Source of the DNA: Azolla caroliniana
Taxonomy: Eukaryota; Plantae; Polypodiophyta
Reading direction: 5' to 3'
DNA length: 64,000 nt
Assembly (NCBI GenBank): GCA_043228905.1
Contig: JBHGNT010000016.1
Span: forward strand, 9,672,001-9,736,000
Shown: one piece after another, positions 37,101 through 48,298 of the stretch
Position numbering within the stretch: the first letter of the stretch is position 1
How the letters are laid out: every line of letters begins with the position of its first letter
Notes under the pieces: model-generated
Seen by the model: only the letters and a program-made list of their open reading frames with translations
What the model was told of the DNA's origin: nothing
Databases searched by the model: none
Made by a program: the position numbers and the translations under genes

Positions 37101-38464
37101 TCAAGTACACAATAAAATAACGTAGAACAAGACAACTCAGATATTGATGGACACGAGGAAACAATCGAGAGGGATTGTTTTTTTACACATTGAATAAAAT
37201 GCGTACAATCGTTCAGTACAAAAGAAATGGAATGACGAACCCAATCAATAAATAAAGAAGAGTTTTTATTATAAAACCAGGGATAACCCAGTATTACATC
37301 GGTGGTACAAAGATTCATTACATGGAAGTCTACTTCCTCTTTATAAGTATCAATAGAAATTCCTAATGAATGAATCGCCCCGTTGATGTATTGTACTCTT
37401 CCATCAGCCAAGTGCACCGTGTAGGTGTGATCACTTACGGTGGGTCGGATTCCCCATATCTGAACCAAACGATCATTCACAAAATTGTGTGAGCTTCTCG
37501 AATCAAATAAAAATTGTACGGGAGATCCATTGATATACCCGTTTGCACGTAGTAAATCATTGGGACCCAATACATAGTGAGGGAAAGAACATTGACAATT
37601 ACTTAAATGATGTGTATAGACCTGAAGGACATTAGGAATCTGACCTTTATGGTCTGCTGCTTTAGCTTTGTTGTCGTGCTCTTTCCGTTGGAGCTTTCGA
37701 CATTGATCTTTTGTATGACCCTTCTTTTTGCAGAATACACAAAAAGGATGTTGTCGCTTACAATCGCGATCCAGGAATTCGTTGGGTGTCTTGCGTTTCC
37801 CAACAAATTGCGACTGCTTAGTCCCGGGCACTTCGTTGGGTTTGTTATGGTCCTTCTTTGAAGTGCGTTGATAGCGAAGAACTATTTCAACGGCCTCTTC
37901 GAAGGATTTTGGATCCTTATCGTGCACTATCTAGTGATAGTCCGAATTGGGGATGCCATTGACAAAACAAGCTATCAACCAATTGTCCCCTTCTAGACCC
38001 GATTTTTGGATTTGGGTTCTATCGTGCACTATCTAGGTATCGGGCAATTTCCCCATAGTACGGAGGCCACGCCACCAGGCGGCAGCCTTACCCCCGAGTT
38101 CTCGGCCGACATATGCAATCTTCGTACTATCTGGCGTGGGATAGAGCTCAAAATGAGACTCCCATCGTCCCAGCCATGTGCAGATTGCTTCTTCGGTTCT
38201 TTCCTTTTTGTCTCCCGTAAATGGCTTAACAACAAATGATGGTTCACCTTGTCGCTCATCAGGTCTATTAGTCTCATGTTGTAGACTAATGACACGTGCC
38301 TCAAGAGCACTCTGAGATTGCCGAAGTTCGGTCATCTGTTGAGCGGTGAAACTAAGGTATTGGGTTATTTGTGCCAAATACATCTCAGTGGACATTTGTC
38401 CAGGAGGATTCCCTTGAGTTCCTTCCGCTTGAGCGGATGACATCGGGTCGTTAATTTGAGCCAT
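34146..38464 (-). pseudogene. gag-pol of the chromovirus (gag deletion, one frameshift in RNase H)
   Basis: [67 protein letters not shown] and HPQSDGQTER motifs. C-terminal chromodomain PERILDVK...FKIKW...DATWE. Confidence 0.94.
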
Positions 38465-39640
38465 TAAAAATTATTTCTGGAAAAGAAATAGGATAAGGTC
38501 AGAGATATAGTCATAACATCATGTCGTGATGTAAACATATCATGGGCGAGCATTAATCGATATCATTATCTCACGTCAATACCCCTCTAGACATATGAGA
38601 TGAGGTTCAAGATCAGGTTACTATGGTAACACAAAGGTGTTTTAAAAACCATGGGGGTGACAAATAAATGTCTTTCCCTGATCTCTATATCGATTTTTTC
38701 ATGGTGGCTCCCCGAGGCTCAACCATGTATGTTCGTGTCATGAATAGTTTATACACGAAAAAATGTTAACAATAAACTATGTTTCGGTGCCCACATAAGT
38801 GGTTTCGGCTCTTTAAGTCCTATTACGAGGACCCCGAGGTGCACTTAGACCTTAAGTCTAAACATGTGTTATAGTCATATGTATTAAGGATGTTGTATGG
38901 TCTTTGTCATATTTGAACTCGAGACCTCGAGAAAAAATACATTAAACACTTGAGCCAACCAAGTAAGTTTCTCTTCTCGAATGCTTAATGTTTGATGCGT
39001 ATAAGAGATATGCGAGACAATTGATCATATATGTTTTTTTAAAAGAACATATATGGCAAGGGTCCTTATTTCGCCCTCATTTACCAAAACTATGTTGGTA
39101 CATTACCTAACCTCAAGTCTCGTAATTACGATGGCATACGCCAAAGTGCAACGTAATGGTCAAGCCAAATGAGCCCTTGTTTCGTAGTAGGCTCACCTGG
39201 GCCATCACATGGTCACATCATTACGAATGCCTCTCGTAAGAACGAGCTCATGGTGGCATCGTATCCATGTAACGAGGGAGGGATGTTGGATACGTGCGTC
39301 ATTGGAGCGACCTCACTTGATGTGGGTCAAGCCCTACGTACTCAACATCATTATGGCTATTGTGTTTCTTTACGTAACGAAATCGAGGTCATCAACGGGG
39401 TTGTCAACAATAAAAAATTGTTGAAAAAGGGATGGTGACAACGCCATTCTCACAAAAATGTGAGGACGGCCACCAACATCCTTTTCCCGACCATGACAAC
39501 TTTCGATATAATCACGTAATAACGAATATACACATATGTTTACTTATCACATATATACGATCAAATACGTATATATGTGACCACATGTGCCTATATTAAA
39601 CATATCGTTATAGTAAATAGCCACAAATGATGTGACCGAG

Positions 39641-39893
39641 ATACGTAATCGAGGTATATACCTCTACGCACACGAAACATCCACAAATAAGAGATCATCG
39701 TAATACGCAATTGAGGTATTGACCTCTTACGCATACGAGACCAAACGCATATCGTTTACAACAAATCAAGGTATTAAACTCATACGCAAACGTAACATAT
39801 GTTCGTGAACGTAATACGTAATTGAGGTATTAACCTCGTACGCATACGACACTCATCACATATTATTAATATGTCAAACGAGGTATTGACCTC
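39641..39893. repeat. Degenerate repeats of about 60-bp period in the chromovirus 5' UTR
   Basis: The core tacgtaat(c/t)gaggtat..acctc recurs about 5 times. Confidence 0.7.
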
Positions 39894-40770
39894 GTGCACA
39901 TATGTAAACGTTTTAGATAATCAATTAAAGACCACTACAACATCATTGACTTAATGAGAAAAATTACATATAAACTAAACACATGATTAGATGGGAGAAG
40001 AGAGAATAGAAAGAAAAATTATGGAAAGAGTTACCGAAGTTCTTTGTTGATCGTTGTCTGGATCAAGGCCAACCGCACAACGATCGATCAACATCAATCA
40101 AAAGACAAATGAAAAACAAAGAAACATTAGTACAAAAATCTGATACCAAATATTATAGATCTAGGTACTAAAGTAAGCTTAAGATAAGGATAAAGAAATG
40201 AAAGATAGAAAGGAGAAAGAGAAAGAAGGGTGCCGATCCACCCGACCACCCCCGAGCGAAGGGATCGAGACGGACTCAAGCCTCGATCGGCGTCCCATAC
40301 CACCGCCGTGGCGTTGAGTCGTACCTGGTGCTGGCGCGCTCGCTACAAGAGTTGACCCACCACACGAGCAGAGTCTCGATGTAGTCAAAAGATGATCAAA
40401 TGAGGGTAGCTAGGCCTCTTATTTATAGCGATAACCAAGGCCCCCAGGCAAGTTCACACTTGACCTAATGGGTTGTCTCAATCCCGAGGATTAAAAGTAA
40501 TCCTCCCCTTCTTTACACTCTCATTTAACCCTCACACTTATCCACGTGTATAGAATACTACGGTAAATTCTTACCACGGGATATTATATGGTCATGCCCG
40601 TAACACTTCGGCCCTTTCACACTTTGGCCGTCCTAGCCAAACAACAATCGGCAAGTTGTATGAGTCTGATCGACTAGTAGTCGATAGGCCATTAGGGCCT
40701 ATATTCCTATTCTTAGTAATAGGAATATTATAAGCAGTTAGTGTTAGATGCTCACTTATGAGCATTCAAG

Positions 40771-41461
40771 TGTTGGGAGACAGGTCCCTCTGGATGGGAA
40801 GGGAGAAGAACAATGCCGATGAACAAAGGCCAAGGCCGAAATCAGACCAGGAGTACCCGGCTACGGAGGACCGGATGGTGCAGACCCGGTGAGAACCGGA
40901 TGAGGAGTACCCGGCTACGGAGAGCCAGATGGTGCAGACCCGGTGAGAACCGGATGAGGAGTACCCGGCTACGAAGAGCCAGATGTTGCAGACCCGGTGA
41001 GAACCGGATGAAGAGACATATTCGTAAATATGTTTCTGAGAGTCCATCGTGGCTATATTTGTAAATAGCCGAAAAGTCATATTGGTATAAATATGACTTA
41101 GGGCAAACTTATAGTCACTGTTGTTGTTATTCTTGTCTGCGCGAGATTAGAGCGCGTAACTGTGTACAGAGAGAGAGAGTGAGAGGAAGAGGTCGTTGCC
41201 TCTATTGTAACCACCGCCTGTGGCGAAGATCGTGAGCACAAGGTCGTTGCCTCCGTGAACTCACTGTTGTACATTCTAGCATAGTGATAGTTTGCAGCCT
41301 GTGGGCTGCCGTGGTTTTTTCCCTAGTTTGGGTTTTCCACGTAAACATCCTGTGTACTCTTCTCTTGTTTGTGTCGTGTTTTCCATTTCCTGTTTTCTGT
41401 GTATGATTCTAAGCTCGGTTGTGGCCGAGCGTTGTGCATAAGGAGCGTTGAGCTCCCGTCA
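40771..41461 (+). mobile_element. Solo LTR of the Copia family found at 44057-49122 (three 54-bp units)
   Basis: TGTTGGGAG...CTCCCGTCA ends and TSD TCAAG (40766-40770 / 41462-41466). Confidence 0.94.
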
Positions 41462-41642
41462 TCAAGTACTTGTCAATACTTGTGTAAGCCCACTATCATG
41501 GCTTGTATAAAAGTGCTCACTAACCACATTGTATGTACAGAGTGTAAATATTTTGAATTGAGTTTATTGTATGCTCTCTTTGTCTCTCTCTCATACTGTG
41601 TACTCCATCCCCTGTGTTTTTTACCCAACTCTCTATTGTTGT

Positions 41643-42179
41643 TGTTACCCGGTGGGACAAGTAAGACAAGTGGGACAAGTGGGACAAGTGTGAAACGTAG
41701 CAAAAGTAGTCGAGCACTAATAGCTAAATAAGGAAGCCGAATGTCAAGGAAGTAGCGGGTGGAAAATGCCGAGCAAAAGGGAAGCTATACATATCGAGGA
41801 GAAATGAAGACAAAAAGGGGCCATTATTGGAGCAGACTAAGCCTAGATATAGACTAGAAATGAATGAGTGAGTGTGTCTGATTCTACTTGGTACTTGTAT
41901 TTGTAATTGTATGCTATAGTAATCAAATATACATATATACTTTGTGGGCAATTTCAGTGTCTGTCTCATCTCATATATCTATATCTACTTAACGTTTGGT
42001 TTGTGTACGTAAGTGTGAATCGGTTGTAGACGATTTCGTAGTGCGTCCATCGTATTCTCTGAAAGCAATCCGTGCAGTGCTCGTTAGTACATCGTGACCC
42101 AAGTCTCTTACGCACCACAATTCCTTGACCCGATTACTCAAGAGGAGTAATCAAAGGTGTTCTCCAGGAGGCATCAACA
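41643..42179 (+). mobile_element. Solo LTR (537 bp)
   Basis: TGTTA...CAACA ends and TSD GTTGT (41638-41642 / 42180-42184). A short gggacaagt repeat lies near the start. Orientation is tentative. Confidence 0.8.
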
Positions 42180-44137
42180 GTTGTTTGGGGCCGAGTCGGC
42201 TGAAGAAGTTGACATGTTGTGTAAGCCGGATCAGCTAGAAGCCGGCATGCCATTAGGTCCTACATTCCTATTTTAGTAATAGAAATATTATATGTTATTT
42301 AGTGTCAGAGCTCATAAGTGAGAATTAAGTACTAGTCAGTACTTGTGTCAGCCCACTGTCAAGGGCTTGTATACAAAGTGCTTTGTGAGCACGTTGTATG
42401 TATTGAGAATTATTGTTTTGAATTGACGTTGTTTTTTTTTGCTAACTCTGTCTCTCTCTCTCTCGCTCGCTCTCTCTCTCTCTCTCTCTGTGTGTGTGCA
42501 TGTGTATTCTCCACCCTCTATGTATACCTAATTGTGTATTGTTGTCCAGCTAAGCTGACAGTGTCTATCTTGTACAAGCTTCTGCAACTTTACTTTTACA
42601 CATCCATATGTCACAAGCTGGGCTCGAACAACTTTCGGCAATTCACTACATCCCAAAGCTCAACCATGTTGAGTCAGACTTCTGCGAGCATTGCTGATAC
42701 AGAAAATAGACTCGGAGTCCTCACTCAGTTCATTACGAGATGGTACCATAGCCCCTGGAGCTGATCCACACATACATCTTTGGGTCAATGCCCAAAATAT
42801 CTTTGGGAGGTGCACGGTACTTCATCACGTTCATGATTGTACTCGCAAGGTATGGGCTTATTCGATTAAGTCCAAGGATGAAGCACTCGAAGTTTTCGTT
42901 CAATGGTTGATCAAAGTCGAAAATTGATCCGGCCACAAGGTGGAGATGCTACAATCGGACAATGGAGGAGAATAAACCTCTAGAGCCTTCGCAAAGTACT
43001 TGTCCAAAAAAGGGATCAAACATCAACGGACCATTCCCTACACCCTAACGCAAAAGGGCGTAGCTGAACAAATGAACTGAATGATCCAAGAATAAATGAA
43101 AGAAATGCTCCAACACGTTGGACTAAAGCTGGAATTTTGGGCAAAATTTGTGATGATTGTCTTATCAATCTATCATCTTCGAATGCAATTAAGTTTCATG
43201 TGCCACAGGCACTATGGTTGGGAACATAGCCAACCTACGATTGACTTCACACATTCAAGTGTGAAGCTTATGCATATGTACCAAGGGAGAACCGAACGAA
43301 TCTTGCTCCCCATTCGAGAAAATCCATCTTTCTCAGTTATAGGATGGATGGACAATTTGGATTTCGGCTATGGCATGCTGAGCAGAAAAAGCGTAACAAG
43401 AGCAATGATGTAGTTTTCAATGAAGACTCAATCAACTCAGGTCGACCACAGGGTTGAATCGGCAAGAGGGTGAGTATCAACCTTTCTCAGACCAATTCGA
43501 AGACCGAAATGCCGAATGTCAAACCCAAAGCAGCTATCAAGACGATTGACCGATTCGAACCGGCATCGACACAATTGAACTGGTTGAATACTCCCGAGGT
43601 ATGGGTAGATCCAACACGAACACAAGAACATTGCCATAGTGGACCCCCATCAAGATCTCCAACGAATATAGGTTCAAACAACGCCGACCTGACAATATTA
43701 CTGGTTGAAGAATCAGAATGAAACAATTCAACACCGAGGAGATCAAGACGAGTCTAAAAGTCGACAGAGCTTTATCAACCAAGCTTGGACTACATCAATT
43801 ACATGGATGCAGGCAAACCTTGCTATGAAGAAGCAATTGTTGCACTAGATGCTGATACATGGCAACAAGCCATGATATCTGAGATGGACTCAATTAAGAA
43901 AAATGACACATGGAAGATGATCGAATTACTAGCCGGCATGAAGTCGTTGCCTTGCAAATGGGTATAGAGATACAAATGTGTACCTGGTTTTGATCAACCC
44001 AACTATAAAGCTCGACTCGTCGCGAAGGGATTCAAACAGGAACACAACGTTGACTATGTTGGGAGACAGGTCCCTTCGGATGGGAAGGGAGAAGAACAGT
44101 GCCGATGAACAAACTCGGCCGAGGCCGAAACGGTATG

Positions 44138-44460
44138 AGGAGTACCCGGCTACGGAGAGCCGGATGATACAGGCCCGGTGTGAACCGGATGAGGAGTACC
44201 CGGCTACGGAGAGCCGAATGATACAGGCCCGGTGTGAACCGGATGAGGAGTACCCGGCTACGAAGAGACGGATGATACAGGCCCAGTGTGAACCGGATGA
44301 GTAGTACCCGGCTACGGAGAGTCGGATGGTGCAGGCCCGGCGTGAACCAGATGAGTAGTACCCGGCTACGGAGAGCCGGATGGTGCATGCCCGGCGTGAA
44401 CCGAATGAGGAGTACCCGGCTACGGAGAGCCGGATGGTGCAGAACCGGTATGAACCGGAG
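44138..44460. repeat. 54-bp tandem array in LTR U3 (6 units; 5 units at 48389-48658; 3 units at about 40850-41010)
   Basis: Unit gaggagtacccggctacggagagccggatgatacaggcccggtgtgaaccggat. Confidence 0.95.
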
Positions 44461-44944
44461 GAAGAGACATATTCGTAAATATGTTTCTGAGAGCCCATTG
44501 TGGCTACATTTGTAAATAGCCGAAAAGTCATATTAGTATAAATATGACTTAGGGTAAACTAATACTGTTGTTGTTGTCATTCTTCCTTGTTGGTGCAAGA
44601 AGAAGAGAGAGCGCGTAACTGTACATAGAGAGAGAGAGAGAGAACGAAGTCGTTGCCTCTGTTGTAACCGCCGCCTGTGGCGAAGATCGTGAGCCCAAGG
44701 TCGTTGCCTCCGTGTACTCACTGTTTTGTACATTCATACATAGTGACAGTTTGCAGCCTGTGGGCTGCCGTGGTTTTTCCCCTAGTTTGGGGTTTTCCAC
44801 GTAAACCTCCTGTGTATTCTCTCCTTCTTTGTGTCGCGTTTTATTTCCCGTTTTTCTGTGTATGAAAAGAATCTCGATTGTGGCCGAGCGTTGCGCATAA
44901 GGAACGACAAGTTCCCGTCAAGTGGTATCAGAGAAAAATCGACA

Positions 44945-47900
44945 ATGGAAATGGACGAATCGTTTGGCGGCATGTTCAAGCTCACCGGCTCCAACTATTC
45001 AATGTGGAAGTCGAAGATGAGGGACATGCTCGTGGTTAAAGACCTCGTGGTTAAAGACCGGAGGGGAACGGACCGGAAGGGAACGACGGCAATCACGGCA
45101 AGTGAAGAAGAGTTGATGCTCATCACCGAGGAGAGTGAGATAAACCTTGCCGGCGACGAGATGACCTAGGTGGTAGACTCCGGAGCATCGTTCCACCTTA
45201 CCCCGGACCGGAAATGCTTCTCATCCTACTCAACCGGTGATCACAGCTGTGTCCCGATGGGGAATGAAGGTACATGCCGAATTGTCGGCATAGGAGACGT
45301 GTGTCTGTCAACACCAACCGGATGCAAGTTGCTGCTGAAGGATGTCCGACACGTTCCGGAGGTTCGTCTGAACCTAATATCAGCCGGTCGGCTAGATGAT
45401 GAAGGCTACACGGGTAGCATCCGGAACGGTGTCATGAAGTTCAGCAAAGGGAGCCTGATTGTGGCTCGGGCCCGGAAGGTCAACACATTGTACCTGATGA
45501 ATGCCCGGCTATGTCCGGAAGAAATGAACGTGGCATCCGACACTGCCGGTGAGCTATGGCACAAGAGGCTGTGTCATATGAGCGAGAAGGGGATGAAGAG
45601 GCTTGCAGAAGACAACCTCATTCCAGTGAAGAACGTGCACTTGGAGAAGTGCACTAATTGTCTGGCCGGTAAGCAGAACCGGACCTCCTTTCGATCAAGG
45701 CCACCGATGAGACGTAATGCACCACTGGAGTTGGTGCATACGGATGTGTGTCAAGTAGACACGAAGTCACATGCCGGAGCGCAGTACTTCGTGACGTTCA
45801 TAGATGACCACAGCCGGAAGCTGTGGGCCACACCACTGAAGACGAAGGATCAGGTGTTGTCCGTCTTCAAAGAGCTCCACGCGAGAGTGGAAAGAGAAAC
45901 CGGCTGGAAGCTAAAGACGGTTCGAGCAGATAACGGAGGAGAATACCGAGGGCAGTTCGAGGAGTACAGCCGCTCGAAGGGAATCCGGCTCGAATTTACC
46001 GTGCCAAAGACGCCGGAACTAAACGAACTGACCGAGAGGATGAGCCGGACCATAATGGAGAGGGTCCGGAGTATGCTAGTGCATGCAAAACTACCCAAGA
46101 AGTTTTGGGCTGAGGCACTGTCGATGGCGACATATGTGATAAACAGATCACCCTCAGTACCCTTGGACGGAGACACGCCACAGAGAGTATGGACCGGTAA
46201 GGAAGTGTCCTACCGGCATCTGAAGGTGTTCGGGTGTCTCGCGTACGTGCATGTAGCAAAGGACCGGAGAGGAAAGTTAGATCCAAAGACCCGGCCATGC
46301 ATATTCCTCGGTTACGGTGGCGATGAGTTCGGCTACCGAGTGTGGGACCCGGTCGACAAGAAGGTATTCCGGAGTCGAGATATTATCTTCATGGAGGACA
46401 AGACGCTCGCCGACTGGGAGTCGGAGAAGAAGATAATGAACTCTGAGTCGACCGGTAAGGATAGACTCTACTATGAGCAGACCCAACCGACAAGAGACCG
46501 GTTAGCACTCGAGGAACCAGCCTGTTACGGTGAGGATACCGAACCGGTAGAAGAAGAGGTAGAGGAAGTTGAGACCGGAACCGGCCAAGACCCCGAATCG
46601 GATTCGGATGAAGAGCAAATGGAGGAGCCGGTTACCGAATCCCGAAGACGGAGATATCCTCTCAGAGAGAGAAGGGCCCCCCGGAGATTTCCGGATGCAG
46701 AGCATGTTCTGCTGACCGATGAGGGGGAGCCGGAAAGCTTCGAAGAAGTGAAGGAAGACACCCACAGCCGAAAATGGTTAAGTGCCATGCAGGACGAGAT
46801 GGATTCCCTGCATGAGAACCATACATACGAATTGGTGGAGTTGCCGAAAGGAAAGCGGGCACTCCGAAACAAGTGGGTGTACAAGTTGAAACCGGGAGAT
46901 GCCGGCAACCCCCCGAGATACAAAGCCAGGATCGTGGTGAAGGGGTTCCAACAGAAGAAGGGCGTGGACTTCGATGAGATATTTGCCCAGGTAGTAAAGA
47001 TGACCTCCATCTGGACGGTGCTGAGTATAGCAGCAAGCATGGACCTTGAGGTAGAGCAGCTGGACGTGAAGACGGCATTCCTTCACGGCGACCTTGAAGA
47101 GGAGATCTACATGCAGCAACCGGAAGGATTTGTGGAGAAAGGGAAGGAGCACTTGGTATGCCGGTTGAAGAAGAGCCTATACGGACTAAAGCAGGCTCCC
47201 CGGCAATGGTATCGGAAGTTCGACTCCTTCATGACCGATCAAGGGTACCACAAGACGCAGGCCGATCACTGCGTGTTTGTGAAGAAGTTTGAAGGAGGTG
47301 ACTTCTTAATACTCCTCCTATACGTGGATGACATGTTGATCGTCAGACGTGACCAAGTCAAAATACGGATCCTGAAGAAGGCTCTAAACCGGACCTTCTC
47401 AATGAAAGACTTGGGTCCGGCAAGACAGATGTTGGGGATGCACATCATCCGTAACCGGAAAGCGAAGCAATTATGGTTGTCACAGGAGAAGTACGTGACA
47501 AAGGTGCTTCACCGGTTCAACATGTCAGAAGCGAAACCGGTCGGATCGACACTTCCGGCAAACTGCAGGCTATCCGGTAAGCAAAGCCCGAGGACGAAAG
47601 CAGAGAAGGCAGATATGATGAAGATCCCATATGCCTTTGCCGTCGGGAGCTTGATGTACGCAATGGTTTGTACTCGACCGGACATTGGATACGCAGTCGG
47701 AGTGGTGAGCCGGTTTATGAGCAATCCCAGCAAGGAGCACTGGAACGCGGTCAAGTGGATACTCCGGTATTTGAAGGGCACTTGAAATATGTGTCTCCGA
47801 TTCGGCTCCGGAAAACCTCAACTGGACGGTTTCACCGATTCAGACATGTAGGCTGATGTGGATACCAGCCGGTCTACATCCGGGTATGTGATGACATATG

Positions 47901-48298
47901 CAGGGGGAGCTGTTTCGTGGAAATCGAGGCTGCAGAAGATTGTTGCATTGTCAACCACAGAGGCGGAGTACATGGCGGTTGTGGAAGCCGGCAAGGAAAT
48001 ATTATGGATGAAGGACTTCATCGGAGAGCTCGGTATATGGCAAGAGGAATACCGACTCTATTGCGACAGTCAAAGTGCCATCCACCTTGCTAAAAATGCG
48101 GCCTACCATTCCCGGACGAAGCATATCCAGCGGAGGTATCACTGGATCCGGGAAAGAGTAGATGACCAGGAGTTCGCACTGACGAAGATCCACACGGCCG
48201 AGAACGGGTCAGATATGCTGACCAAAGTGCTGACACCCGACAAGCTGGATGCATGCCGGAAGAGAATCGGACTGGTAAGACACCCCATGCCGGAGTGA
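44945..48298 (+). pseudogene. Copia polyprotein: gag stub, then protease-integrase-RT-RNase H with three in-frame stops
   Basis: KLTGSNYSMWK, VDSGASFH, LWHKRLCH, HTDVC, FIDDHSR, RADNGGEY, LDVKTAFLHG, LYVDDML, ALSTTEAEY and CDSQSAI motifs. An 871-aa frame stays open. Confidence 0.95.

Larger units (their letters stand above)
33705..40605 (-). mobile_element. Full-length Ty3/Gypsy chromovirus, recent insertion
   Basis: 455-bp LTRs (33705-34159 and 40151-40605) differ at about 6 transitions. TSD CTTCG (33700-33704 / 40606-40610), Met-i PBS tggtatcaga (40139-40148) and PPT aaagagggggagta are present. Confidence 0.96.

Noticed and set aside
44138-44460. Regular repeat array resembling CRISPR
   Set aside because: The 54-bp units are contiguous with no unique spacers, lie inside LTRs of a plant retrotransposon, and no cas genes are present.
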